Assembly (NCBI RefSeq): GCF_013167455.1
Contig: NZ_CP038328.1
Length of the DNA: 64,000 nucleotides
Direction: 5' to 3' (one strand)
Origin: Escherichia coli O157:H7
GTDB lineage: Bacteria; Pseudomonadota; Gammaproteobacteria; Enterobacterales; Enterobacteriaceae
Made by a program: the position numbers and the translations under genes. The notes below the pieces were generated by a model. That model did no database searches. It saw nothing but the letters and a program-made list of their open reading frames with translations, and was not told where the DNA came from. Below, one piece after another: positions 24,323 through 33,872 of this stretch. Each line of letters opens with the position of its first letter. Within the stretch, counting starts at the first letter, position 1.

Positions 24323-26569
24323 ATGCTCACTCGCCTGCGCGAAATAGTCGAAAAGGTAGCCAGCGCACCACGCCTGAATGAGGCGTTAAATATTCTGGTT
24401 ACCGACATCTGTCTTGCGATGGATACCGAGGTCTGTTCGGTCTACCTGGCCGATCATGATCGACGTTGTTACTACCTGATGGCGACCCGGGGGCTGAAAA
24501 AACCACGCGGTCGCACTGTAACGCTCGCCTTTGATGAAGGGATCGTCGGCCTGGTTGGCAGGCTGGCGGAACCGATAAACCTTGCAGATGCGCAAAAGCA
24601 CCCCAGCTTCAAATACATCCCCTCCGTAAAAGAAGAACGTTTCCGCGCGTTTTTAGGCGTACCAATTATTCAACGTCGCCAGTTGCTTGGTGTACTGGTG
24701 GTACAGCAACGAGAGTTGCGCCAGTATGACGAAAGTGAAGAATCCTTCCTGGTGACGCTTGCCACCCAGATGGCAGCGATTCTTTCTCAGTCGCAGTTGA
24801 CTGCCTTGTTTGGGCAATATCGCCAGACGCGAATCCGCGCATTACCGGCAGCACCTGGTGTAGCGATTGCCGAAGGCTGGCAGGATGCCACGTTACCTTT
24901 AATGGAACAGGTGTATCAGGCATCAACGCTGGATCCGGCTCTGGAACGCGAACGACTGACCGGGGCGCTGGAAGAAGCGGCAAACGAGTTTCGCCGCTAC
25001 AGCAAACGCTTTGCCGCCGGTGCACAAAAAGAAACGGCGGCTATTTTCGATCTTTACTCGCACCTGCTTTCGGACACCCGGCTGCGTCGCGAATTGTTTG
25101 CCGAGGTTGATAAAGGCTCGGTGGCAGAATGGGCGGTAAAAACGGTCATTGAAAAATTTGCCGAACAGTTTGCCGCGCTAAGCGATAACTATCTCAAAGA
25201 GCGGGCTGGCGATTTACGTGCGCTGGGTCAGCGATTGCTGTTTCATCTTGATGACGCTAATCAAGGGCCGAACGCCTGGCCGGAACGTTTCATTCTGGTG
25301 GCAGATGAACTGTCAGCGACAACTCTTGCTGAGCTGCCCCAGGATCGCTTAGTCGGTGTTGTCGTGCGAGATGGCGCAGCCAACTCCCATGCTGCGATCA
25401 TGGTACGTGCGCTGGGGATCCCTACCGTGATGGGCGCGGATATTCAGCCTTCGGTGCTGCATCGTCGGACGCTGATCGTCGATGGCTATCGCGGTGAATT
25501 GCTGGTCGATCCGGAGCCGGTACTGCTGCAAGAATATCAGCGGCTAATTAGTGAAGAGATTGAGCTTAGCCGTCTGGCGGAAGATGACGTCAATTTACCC
25601 GCGCAGTTAAAAAGCGGTGAGCGTATAAAAGTCATGCTCAATGCTGGTTTAAGCCCGGAACATGAAGAAAAACTGGGCAGCCGTATTGATGGCATCGGTC
25701 TTTATCGCACTGAAATCCCATTCATGCTGCAAAGTGGTTTTCCGTCGGAAGAAGAACAGGTGGCGCAGTATCAGGGGATGCTGCAAATGTTCAATGATAA
25801 ACCCGTCACCTTGCGTACGCTGGATGTCGGAGCAGATAAGCAGCTGCCTTACATGCCGATTAGCGAAGAGAATCCATGCCTGGGTTGGCGTGGGATTCGC
25901 ATTACGCTCGATCAGCCGGAGATCTTCTTGATCCAGGTGCGGGCGATGCTGCGTGCTAATGCCGCTACGGGCAACCTGAATATTCTGTTGCCGATGGTCA
26001 CAAGCCTCGATGAAGTTGACGAAGCACGCCGCCTGATTGAACGTGCCGGACGTGAAGTCGAGGAGATGATCGGTTACGAAATTCCCAAACCACGTATCGG
26101 CATCATGCTGGAAGTGCCGTCAATGGTATTTATGCTGCCGCATCTGGCAAAGCGGGTCGATTTCATCTCTGTTGGCACCAACGATCTGACTCAATACATT
26201 CTGGCCGTTGATCGCAACAATACCCGGGTGGCGAACATTTATGACAGTCTTCATCCTGCAATGTTACGAGCTCTGGCGATGATCGCCCGGGAAGCGGAAA
26301 TACATGGAATCGATCTCCGTTTGTGCGGTGAAATGGCGGGCGATCCCATGTGCGTGGCAATCCTCATTGGGCTTGGGTATCGCCATCTGTCTATGAACGG
26401 ACGTTCTGTAGCGCGGGTAAAATACCTGCTGCGGCGCATTGATTATGCCGAAGCAGAAAATCTTGCGCAGCGTAGTCTGGAAGCGCAACTGGCGACCGAA
26501 GTTCGCCATCAGGTTGCAGCCTTTATGGAGCGTCGCGGCATGGGCGGGCTGATTCGCGGAGGGTTATAG
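24323..26569 (+). CDS. ptsP: phosphoenolpyruvate-protein phosphotransferase, nitrogen PTS (EI-Ntr) with N-terminal GAF domain
   Basis: 748-aa ORF; recognised. Confidence 0.95.
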   Translation: MLTRLREIVEKVASAPRLNEALNILVTDICLAMDTEVCSVYLADHDRRCYYLMATRGLKKPRGRTVTLAFDEGIVGLVGRLAEPINLADAQKHPSFKYIPSVKEERFRAFLGVPIIQRRQLLGVLVVQQRELRQYDESEESFLVTLATQMAAILSQSQLTALFGQYRQTRIRALPAAPGVAIAEGWQDATLPLMEQVYQASTLDPALERERLTGALEEAANEFRRYSKRFAAGAQKETAAIFDLYSHLLSDTRLRRELFAEVDKGSVAEWAVKTVIEKFAEQFAALSDNYLKERAGDLRALGQRLLFHLDDANQGPNAWPERFILVADELSATTLAELPQDRLVGVVVRDGAANSHAAIMVRALGIPTVMGADIQPSVLHRRTLIVDGYRGELLVDPEPVLLQEYQRLISEEIELSRLAEDDVNLPAQLKSGERIKVMLNAGLSPEHEEKLGSRIDGIGLYRTEIPFMLQSGFPSEEEQVAQYQGMLQMFNDKPVTLRTLDVGADKQLPYMPISEENPCLGWRGIRITLDQPEIFLIQVRAMLRANAATGNLNILLPMVTSLDEVDEARRLIERAGREVEEMIGYEIPKPRIGIMLEVPSMVFMLPHLAKRVDFISVGTNDLTQYILAVDRNNTRVANIYDSLHPAMLRALAMIAREAEIHGIDLRLCGEMAGDPMCVAILIGLGYRHLSMNGRSVARVKYLLRRIDYAEAENLAQRSLEAQLATEVRHQVAAFMERRGMGGLIRGGL

Positions 26570-26719
26570 CGCGGATCATATACATATCTTTTAACGGTAT
26601 CCGGCAACCAGCCAGGTCCCCTTGTGCTATTATTCGCACCTTTGGAGCGCCTGAAACCTGCGGCGCGCATTTCAATCGCTGTTCTCTTTCAGCGAAATAA
26701 CAAGAACTTGTGGTGACAG

Positions 26720-27595
26720 ATGACCAGTAGCTATCTGCATTTTCCGGAGTTTGATCCGGTCATTTTCTCAATAGGACCCGTGGCGCTTCACTGGTACGGC
26801 CTGATGTATCTGGTGGGTTTCATTTTTGCAATGTGGCTGGCAACACGACGGGCGAATCGTCCGGGCAGCGGCTGGACCAAAAATGAAGTTGAAAACTTAC
26901 TCTATGCGGGCTTCCTCGGCGTCTTCCTCGGGGGACGTATTGGTTATGTTCTGTTCTACAATTTCCCGCAGTTTATGGCCGATCCGCTGTATCTGTTCCG
27001 TGTCTGGGACGGCGGCATGTCTTTCCACGGCGGCCTGATTGGCGTTATCGTGGTGATGATTATCTTTGCCCGCCGTACTAAACGTTCCTTCTTCCAGGTT
27101 TCTGATTTTATCGCACCACTCATTCCGTTTGGTCTTGGTGCCGGGCGTTTGGGCAACTTTATTAACGGTGAATTGTGGGGCCGCGTTGACCCGAACTTCC
27201 CGTTTGCCATGCTGTTCCCAGGCTCCCGTACAGAAGATATTTTGCTGCTGCAAACCAACCCGCAGTGGCAATCCATTTTCGACACTTACGGTGTGCTGCC
27301 GCGCCACCCATCACAGCTTTACGAGCTGCTGCTGGAAGGTGTGGTGCTGTTTATTATCCTCAACCTGTATATTCGTAAACCGCGCCCGATGGGAGCCGTG
27401 TCTGGCTTGTTCCTGATTGGCTACGGCGCGTTTCGCATCATTGTTGAGTTTTTCCGCCAGCCCGACGCGCAGTTTACCGGTGCCTGGGTGCAGTACATCA
27501 GCATGGGGCAAATTCTTTCCATCCCGATGATTGTCGCGGGTGTGATCATGATGGTCTGGGCATATCGTCGCAGCCCACAGCAACACGTTTCCTGA
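26720..27595 (+). CDS. lgt: prolipoprotein diacylglyceryl transferase
   Basis: 291-aa membrane ORF; recognised. Confidence 0.95.
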
Positions 27596-27601
27596 GGAAC
27601 C

Positions 27602-28396
27602 ATGAAACAGTATTTAGAACTGATGCAAAAAGTGCTCGACGAAGGCACACAGAAAAACGACCGTACCGGAACCGGAACGCTTTCCATTTTTGGTCATCAG
27701 ATGCGTTTTAACCTGCAGGATGGATTCCCGCTGGTGACAACTAAACGTTGCCACCTGCGTTCCATCATCCATGAACTGCTGTGGTTTCTGCAGGGCGACA
27801 CTAACATTGCTTATCTACACGAAAACAATGTCACCATCTGGGACGAATGGGCCGATGAAAACGGCGACCTCGGACCAGTGTATGGTAAACAGTGGCGCGC
27901 CTGGCCAACGCCAGATGGTCGTCATATTGACCAGATCACTACGGTACTGAACCAGCTGAAAAACGACCCGGATTCCCGCCGCATTATTGTTTCAGCGTGG
28001 AACGTAGGCGAACTGGATAAAATGGCGCTGGCACCGTGCCATGCATTCTTCCAGTTCTATGTGGCAGACGGCAAACTCTCTTGCCAGCTTTATCAGCGCT
28101 CCTGTGACGTCTTCCTCGGCCTGCCGTTCAACATTGCCAGCTACGCGTTACTGGTGCATATGATGGCGCAGCAGTGCGATCTGGAAGTGGGTGATTTTGT
28201 CTGGACCGGTGGCGATACGCACCTGTACAGTAATCATATGGATCAAACTCATCTGCAATTAAGCCGTGAACCGCGTCCGCTGCCGAAGTTGATTATCAAA
28301 CGTAAACCCGAATCCATCTTCGACTACCGTTTCGAAGACTTTGAGATTGAAGGCTACGATCCACATCCGGGCATTAAAGCGCCGGTGGCTATCTAA
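27602..28396 (+). CDS. thyA: thymidylate synthase
   Basis: 264-aa ORF starting [49 protein letters not shown]. Confidence 0.97.
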
Positions 28397-28579
28397 TTAC
28401 GAAACATCCTGCCAGAGCCGACGCCAGTGTGCGTCGGTTTTTTTACCCTCCGTTAAATTCTTCGAGACGCCTTCCCGAAATTTTGCAACGTCCTGCAACG
28501 GCGTAAATAGTCCGGAAGATGCGCCGAAGAAATAGAAACTGGCCCTCGTCTTTTTTTCTCCTCGCTCCATACTGCCGGC

Positions 28580-29050
28580 ATGAAAACACAACGTGGTTAT
28601 ACGCTGATTGAAACGCTGGTCGCGATGCTGATTTTGGTCATGCTAAGCGCAAGTGGACTCTATGGCTGGCAATACTGGCAGCAGTCGCAACGGCTTTGGC
28701 AAACCGCCAGCCAGGCGCGGGACTATTTGCTCTATTTACGTGAAGATGCCAACTGGCATAACCGCGACCACAGTATCAGTTTTATCAGGGAGGGGACGTT
28801 ATGGTGCCTTGTGAGTTCCGTTGCTGGGGCGAATACCTGTCATGGCAGTTCACCATTGGTCTTTGTGCCACGCTGGCCCGAAGTCGAAATGAGCGACCTG
28901 ACACCTTCGCTTGCTTTCTTTGGCCTGCGCAATACCGCATGGGCCGGGCATATTGGCTTCAAAAACTCAACGGGCGAGTGGTGGCTGGTGGTTTCGCCGT
29001 GGGGAAGACTCCGGCTTTGTCAGCAAGGAGAAACAGAAGGATGCCTGTAA
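28580..29050 (+). CDS. ppdA: prepilin-type minor pseudopilin (prepilin peptidase-dependent protein A)
   Basis: 156-aa ORF with type IV prepilin-like N-terminus [20 protein letters not shown]. Confidence 0.88.
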   Translation: MKTQRGYTLIETLVAMLILVMLSASGLYGWQYWQQSQRLWQTASQARDYLLYLREDANWHNRDHSISFIREGTLWCLVSSVAGANTCHGSSPLVFVPRWPEVEMSDLTPSLAFFGLRNTAWAGHIGFKNSTGEWWLVVSPWGRLRLCQQGETEGCL

Positions 29051-29604
29051 AAGAGCAAGGTTTTTCTCTGCTGGAAGTGTTGATTGCTATGGCGATCAGT
29101 AGCGTATTGTTGTTGGGGGCTGCACGCTTTCTGCCTGCGTTACAGCGTGAAAGTTTAACGAGCACCCGTAAGCTGGCACTGGAAGATGAAATCTGGCTGC
29201 GGGTATTTACCGTCGCGAAGCATCTCCAGAGGGCGGGTTATTGTCATGGCATCTGTACCGGCGAAGGGCTGGAAATTGTCGGACAGGGTGACTGTATCAT
29301 TGTGCAGTGGGATGCGAACAGTAACGGTATCTGGGATCGCGAACCGGTAAAAGAGTCCGACCAGATTGGATTTCGTCTGAAGGAGCAAGTGTTGGAAACG
29401 CTACGCGGTGCGACATCCTGTGAAGGTAAGGGCTGGGATAAAGTCACTAATCCGGATGCCATCATTATCGACACTTTTCAGGTCGTACGTCAGGATGTCA
29501 GCGGCTTCTCGCCGGTGTTGACGGTTAATATGCGTGCTGCCAGTAAGTCTGAACCGCAAACCGTGGTGGATGCCAGCTATAGCGTGACAGGATTCAACCT
29601 GTGA
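29041..29604 (+). CDS. ppdB: prepilin-type minor pseudopilin (prepilin peptidase-dependent protein B)
   Basis: ORF-track ORF starts at 28801, but the prepilin N-terminus [25 protein letters not shown] begins at ATG 29041 (187 aa). Confidence 0.85.
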   Translation: MPVKEQGFSLLEVLIAMAISSVLLLGAARFLPALQRESLTSTRKLALEDEIWLRVFTVAKHLQRAGYCHGICTGEGLEIVGQGDCIIVQWDANSNGIWDREPVKESDQIGFRLKEQVLETLRGATSCEGKGWDKVTNPDAIIIDTFQVVRQDVSGFSPVLTVNMRAASKSEPQTVVDASYSVTGFNL

Positions 29605-30008
29605 ACCGCGAAAAGGGTGTTTCGTCACTGGCTCTGGTCCTGATGCTGCTGGTTTTGGGTAGCTTGCTATTACAAGGAATGAGCCAGCAGGATCGCAGTT
29701 TTGCCTCTCGCGTGAGCATGGAAAGTCAGTCACTGCGCCGCCAGGCCATCGTTCAGTCGGCGTTGGCGTGGGGGAAAATGCACTCCTGGCAGACGCAGCC
29801 CGCAGTTCAGTGCTTACTGTACGCTGCCACTGGTGCCCGGGTTTGTTTGCGTTTACTGGAAGATAATGAAGCCTTATTAATTGCCGGTTATGAAGGCGTT
29901 TCGTTGTGGCGAACAGGCGAAGTCATTGATGGAAAAATTGTTTTTTCGCCACGCGGCTGGAGCGATTTTTGTCCGCTGAAAGAGGGGGCGTTATGTCAGC
30001 TTCCCTGA
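29601..30008 (+). CDS. ygdB: small membrane-anchored protein in the ppd operon
   Basis: 135-aa ORF with N-terminal hydrophobic segment; start overlaps ppdB stop. Confidence 0.8.
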   Translation: MNREKGVSSLALVLMLLVLGSLLLQGMSQQDRSFASRVSMESQSLRRQAIVQSALAWGKMHSWQTQPAVQCLLYAATGARVCLRLLEDNEALLIAGYEGVSLWRTGEVIDGKIVFSPRGWSDFCPLKEGALCQLP

Positions 30009-30316
30009 AGAATCAACAAGGCTTTAGCCTGCCGGAGGTAATGTTGGCGATGGTGTTGATGGTGATGATTGTCACTGCGTTATCGGGTTTCCAGCGAACA
30101 TTAATGAACAGTCTTACCAGCAGAAACCAGTACCAACAGCTCTGGCGGCATGGTTGGCAGCAAACGCAATTGCGCGCGATTTCGCCACCTGCCAACTGGC
30201 AGGTCAACCGAATGCAGACATCGCAGGCGGGATGTGTCAGCATCAGCGTTACGCTAGTTTCACCCGGGGGCAGAGCAGGCGAGATGACCCGCCTGCATTG
30301 CCCGAATCGTCAGTAG
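29993..30316 (+). CDS. ppdC: prepilin-type minor pseudopilin (prepilin peptidase-dependent protein C)
   Basis: Prepilin-like N-terminus [27 protein letters not shown] from ATG 29993 (107 aa); the ORF-track entry begins 8 codons earlier at a TTG. Confidence 0.8.
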   Translation: MSASLKNQQGFSLPEVMLAMVLMVMIVTALSGFQRTLMNSLTSRNQYQQLWRHGWQQTQLRAISPPANWQVNRMQTSQAGCVSISVTLVSPGGRAGEMTRLHCPNRQ

Positions 30317-30328
30317 TCAGGAGCCGCT

Positions 30329-33300
30329 ATGTTAAGGGTCTACCATTCCAATCGTCTGGACGTGCTGGAAGCGTTGATGGAGTTTATTGTCGAACGCGAA
30401 CGGCTGGACGATCCTTTCGAACCAGAGATGATTCTGGTGCAAAGTACCGGTATGGCACAGTGGCTGCAAATGACCCTGTCGCAAAAGTTTGGTATTGCGG
30501 CAAACATTGATTTTCCGCTGCCTGCGAGCTTTATCTGGGATATGTTCGTCCGGGTGTTACCGGAGATCCCCAAAGAGAGCGCCTTTAACAAACAGAGCAT
30601 GAGCTGGAAACTGATGACTCTGCTGCCGCAATTGCTGGAGCGCGAAGACTTTACCCTGTTGCGGCATTATCTGACTGACGATAGCGACAAGCGAAAGCTG
30701 TTCCAGCTTTCCTCAAAAGCGGCGGACCTGTTTGACCAGTATCTGGTCTATCGTCCGGACTGGCTGGCACAGTGGGAAACAGGACATTTGGTTGAAGGGC
30801 TGGGAGAGGCACAGGCCTGGCAAGCGCCGTTGTGGAAGGCGCTGGTGGAATATACCCATGAACTCGGACAACCGCGCTGGCACCGCGCCAATCTCTATCA
30901 GCGCTTTATCGAAACGCTGGAGTCCGCGACGACCTGCCCGCCGGGGTTACCTTCGCGCGTCTTTATATGCGGTATTTCCGCGTTACCGCCTGTTTATCTC
31001 CAGGCGCTCCAGGCGCTGGGTAAACATATTGAAATCCATCTCCTGTTTACCAACCCCTGCCGTTATTACTGGGGCGACATTAAAGATCCTGCTTATCTGG
31101 CGAAACTACTGACTCGCCAGCGCCGACACAGTTTTGAAGATCACGAATTACCGCTATTTCGCGACAGCGAAAATGCCGGGCAGCTCTTTAACAGCGATGG
31201 TGAACAGGATGTCGGCAACCCGCTGCTGGCCTCATGGGGCAAGCTTGGGCGCGACTACATTTATCTCCTTTCTGACCTGGAGAGCAGCCAGGAGCTGGAC
31301 GCCTTTGTCGATGTGACGCCAGATAACCTGCTGCATAACATTCAGTCTGACATTCTGGAACTGGAAAACCGCGCCGTTGCTGGTGTGAACATCGAAGAGT
31401 TTTCCCGTAGCGATAACAAACGTCCGCTTGATCCACTGGATAGCAGTATCACCTTCCACGTTTGCCATAGCCCGCAGCGTGAAGTTGAAGTTTTACACGA
31501 TCGCCTGCTGGCGATGCTGGAAGAAGACCCGACACTTACTCCGCGCGACATCATCGTGATGGTGGCTGATATCGACAGCTACAGTCCGTTTATTCAGGCT
31601 GTGTTTGGTAGCGCACCTGCGGATCGTTACCTGCCTTACGCCATTTCCGACCGTCGGGCGCGGCAGTCGCATCCTGTACTTGAAGCGTTTATCAGCCTGT
31701 TATCGTTGCCAGACAGCCGCTTTGTGTCGGAAGACGTGCTGGCATTACTGGATGTGCCGGTGCTGGCGGCGCGGTTTGACATCACCGAAGAAGGGCTGCG
31801 TTATTTACGTCAGTGGGTCAACGAATCCGGCATTCGTTGGGGGATAGATGACGACAACGTTCGCGAGCTGGAACTCCCCGCCACCGGACAACACACCTGG
31901 CGATTTGGCCTGACGCGTATGTTGTTGGGCTACGCGATGGAGAGCGCGCAGGGCGAGTGGCAATCGGTTCTACCTTATGATGAATCGAGCGGCTTAATTG
32001 CAGAACTGGTGGGGCATCTGGCTTCACTGCTAATGCAGCTAAACATCTGGCGTCGCGGGCTGGCACAGGAGCGTCCGCTGGAAGAGTGGTTGCCGGTTTG
32101 TCGCGATATGCTCAACGCCCTCTTCCTGCCGGATGCGGAAACCGAAGCGGCGATGACGCTGATCGAACAACAATGGCAGGCGATTATCGCCGAAGGTTTA
32201 GGTGCGCAGTATGGCGATGCGGTGCCGCTGTCACTATTGCGTGATGAACTGGCACAGCGCCTGGATCAAGAACGTATCAGCCAGCGTTTTCTCGCCGGGC
32301 CGGTTAACATTTGTACTCTGATGCCAATGCGTTCAATTCCGTTCAAAGTGGTTTGCCTGCTGGGAATGAACGACGGCGTTTATCCACGTCAGCTTGCGCC
32401 ATTGGGCTTTGACCTGATGAGCCAGAAACCGAAGCGTGGCGACCGTAGCCGTCGCGATGACGACCGCTACCTGTTCCTGGAAGCGTTAATTTCCGCGCAG
32501 CAAAAACTCTATATCAGCTATATCGGGCGTTCCATTCAGGATAACAGTGAACGTTTCCCGTCGGTACTGGTGCAGGAACTGATCGACTACATCGGGCAAA
32601 GTCATTATCTACCGGGCGATGAAGCGCTCAACTGTGATGAAAGCGAGGCAAGGGTAAAAGCGCATCTTACTTGCCTCCATACCCGGATGCCGTTTGATCC
32701 GCAAAACTACCAGCCAGGCGAACGACAAAGCTATGCTCGTGAATGGCTACCTGCGGCCAGCCAGGCTGGTAAAGCACATTCTGAATTTGTTCAGCCGCTG
32801 CCGTTTACCTTACCGGAAACCGTGCCGCTGGAAACGCTACAACGATTCTGGGCACATCCGGTGCGGGCGTTCTTCCAGATGCGTTTGCAGGTGAACTTCC
32901 GTACTGAAGACAGCGAAATCCCCGACACCGAGCCATTTATTCTGGAAGGACTTAGCCGTTATCAAATCAATCAGCAGTTATTGAATGCACTGGTTGAGCA
33001 GGATGATGCCGAACGCTTGTTCCGCCGCTTCCGGGCGGCAGGGGATTTACCGTATGGCGCTTTTGGTGAAATTTTCTGGGAAACACAGTGCCAGGAGATG
33101 CAGCAGCTTGCCGACAGAGTCATTGCCTGTCGCCAGCCGGGGCAGAGTATGGAAATTGATCTCGCTTGCAACGGTGTGCAGATAACTGGCTGGTTGCCGC
33201 AGGTGCAGCCGGATGGCTTGTTGCGCTGGCGTCCCTCTTTATTAAGTGTGGCGCAGGGAATGCAACTTTGGCTGGAACACCTTGTCTACTGTGCCAGCGG

Positions 33301-33697
33301 TGGTAATGGTGAAAGTCGCCTTTTTCTACGCAAAGACGGCGAGTGGCGTTTTCCGCCGCTTGCAGCCGAACAGGCTTTGCATTACCTCTCACAACTGATT
33401 GAGGGGTATCGTGAAGGGATGTCCGCGCCATTGCTGGTGTTACCTGAAAGTGGCGGCGCGTGGCTAAAAACCTGTTATGACGCGCAAAACGATGCCATGC
33501 TGGATGACGATTCCACGTTGCAAAAAGCCCGTACGAAATTCCTTCAGGCTTACGAAGGCAACATGATGGTGAGTGGCGAAGGTGATGATATCTGGTATCA
33601 AAGGCTCTGGCGGCAATTAACACCAGAGACAATGGAGGCAATCGTTGAACAGTCGCAACGTTTCCTGTTACCGCTGTTTCGCTTTAATCAGTCATGA
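30329..33697 (+). CDS. recC: exodeoxyribonuclease V (RecBCD) gamma subunit
   Basis: 1122-aa ORF starting MLRVYHSNRLDVLEALMEFIVERERLDDPFEPEMILVQSTGMAQWLQMTL. Confidence 0.97.
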   Translation: MLRVYHSNRLDVLEALMEFIVERERLDDPFEPEMILVQSTGMAQWLQMTLSQKFGIAANIDFPLPASFIWDMFVRVLPEIPKESAFNKQSMSWKLMTLLPQLLEREDFTLLRHYLTDDSDKRKLFQLSSKAADLFDQYLVYRPDWLAQWETGHLVEGLGEAQAWQAPLWKALVEYTHELGQPRWHRANLYQRFIETLESATTCPPGLPSRVFICGISALPPVYLQALQALGKHIEIHLLFTNPCRYYWGDIKDPAYLAKLLTRQRRHSFEDHELPLFRDSENAGQLFNSDGEQDVGNPLLASWGKLGRDYIYLLSDLESSQELDAFVDVTPDNLLHNIQSDILELENRAVAGVNIEEFSRSDNKRPLDPLDSSITFHVCHSPQREVEVLHDRLLAMLEEDPTLTPRDIIVMVADIDSYSPFIQAVFGSAPADRYLPYAISDRRARQSHPVLEAFISLLSLPDSRFVSEDVLALLDVPVLAARFDITEEGLRYLRQWVNESGIRWGIDDDNVRELELPATGQHTWRFGLTRMLLGYAMESAQGEWQSVLPYDESSGLIAELVGHLASLLMQLNIWRRGLAQERPLEEWLPVCRDMLNALFLPDAETEAAMTLIEQQWQAIIAEGLGAQYGDAVPLSLLRDELAQRLDQERISQRFLAGPVNICTLMPMRSIPFKVVCLLGMNDGVYPRQLAPLGFDLMSQKPKRGDRSRRDDDRYLFLEALISAQQKLYISYIGRSIQDNSERFPSVLVQELIDYIGQSHYLPGDEALNCDESEARVKAHLTCLHTRMPFDPQNYQPGERQSYAREWLPAASQAGKAHSEFVQPLPFTLPETVPLETLQRFWAHPVRAFFQMRLQVNFRTEDSEIPDTEPFILEGLSRYQINQQLLNALVEQDDAERLFRRFRAAGDLPYGAFGEIFWETQCQEMQQLADRVIACRQPGQSMEIDLACNGVQITGWLPQVQPDGLLRWRPSLLSVAQGMQLWLEHLVYCASGGNGESRLFLRKDGEWRFPPLAAEQALHYLSQLIEGYREGMSAPLLVLPESGGAWLKTCYDAQNDAMLDDDSTLQKARTKFLQAYEGNMMVSGEGDDIWYQRLWRQLTPETMEAIVEQSQRFLLPLFRFNQS

Positions 33698-33872
33698 GCG
33701 CTGTATAAAAATTGCGCAATCTATCCGCTTACTTTATGATGCGCACCAGTCACGGACTGATGGTTATATAAACATAGGCTGACTCGTGCAGCACAAGATT
33801 AAATTCTGGCAGATGATTTGCGTTAACCTGTTGAATCTGGCCAGAAAATAAAGTTGATTATGAGGTCCGTGA

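Noticed and set aside
33120-33641. 173-aa minus-strand ORF antisense within recC, and many similar 60-150 aa antisense or overlapping ORFs inside recB, recC, recD, ptsP, aas, mltA (e.g. 45786..46616, 276 aa) and fucI (56409..57158, 249 aa)
   Set aside because: They lie wholly inside well-supported genes on the opposite strand or in alternative frames, have Arg/Pro/Ala/Ser-rich low-complexity composition typical of off-frame readings, and have no recognisable domains.
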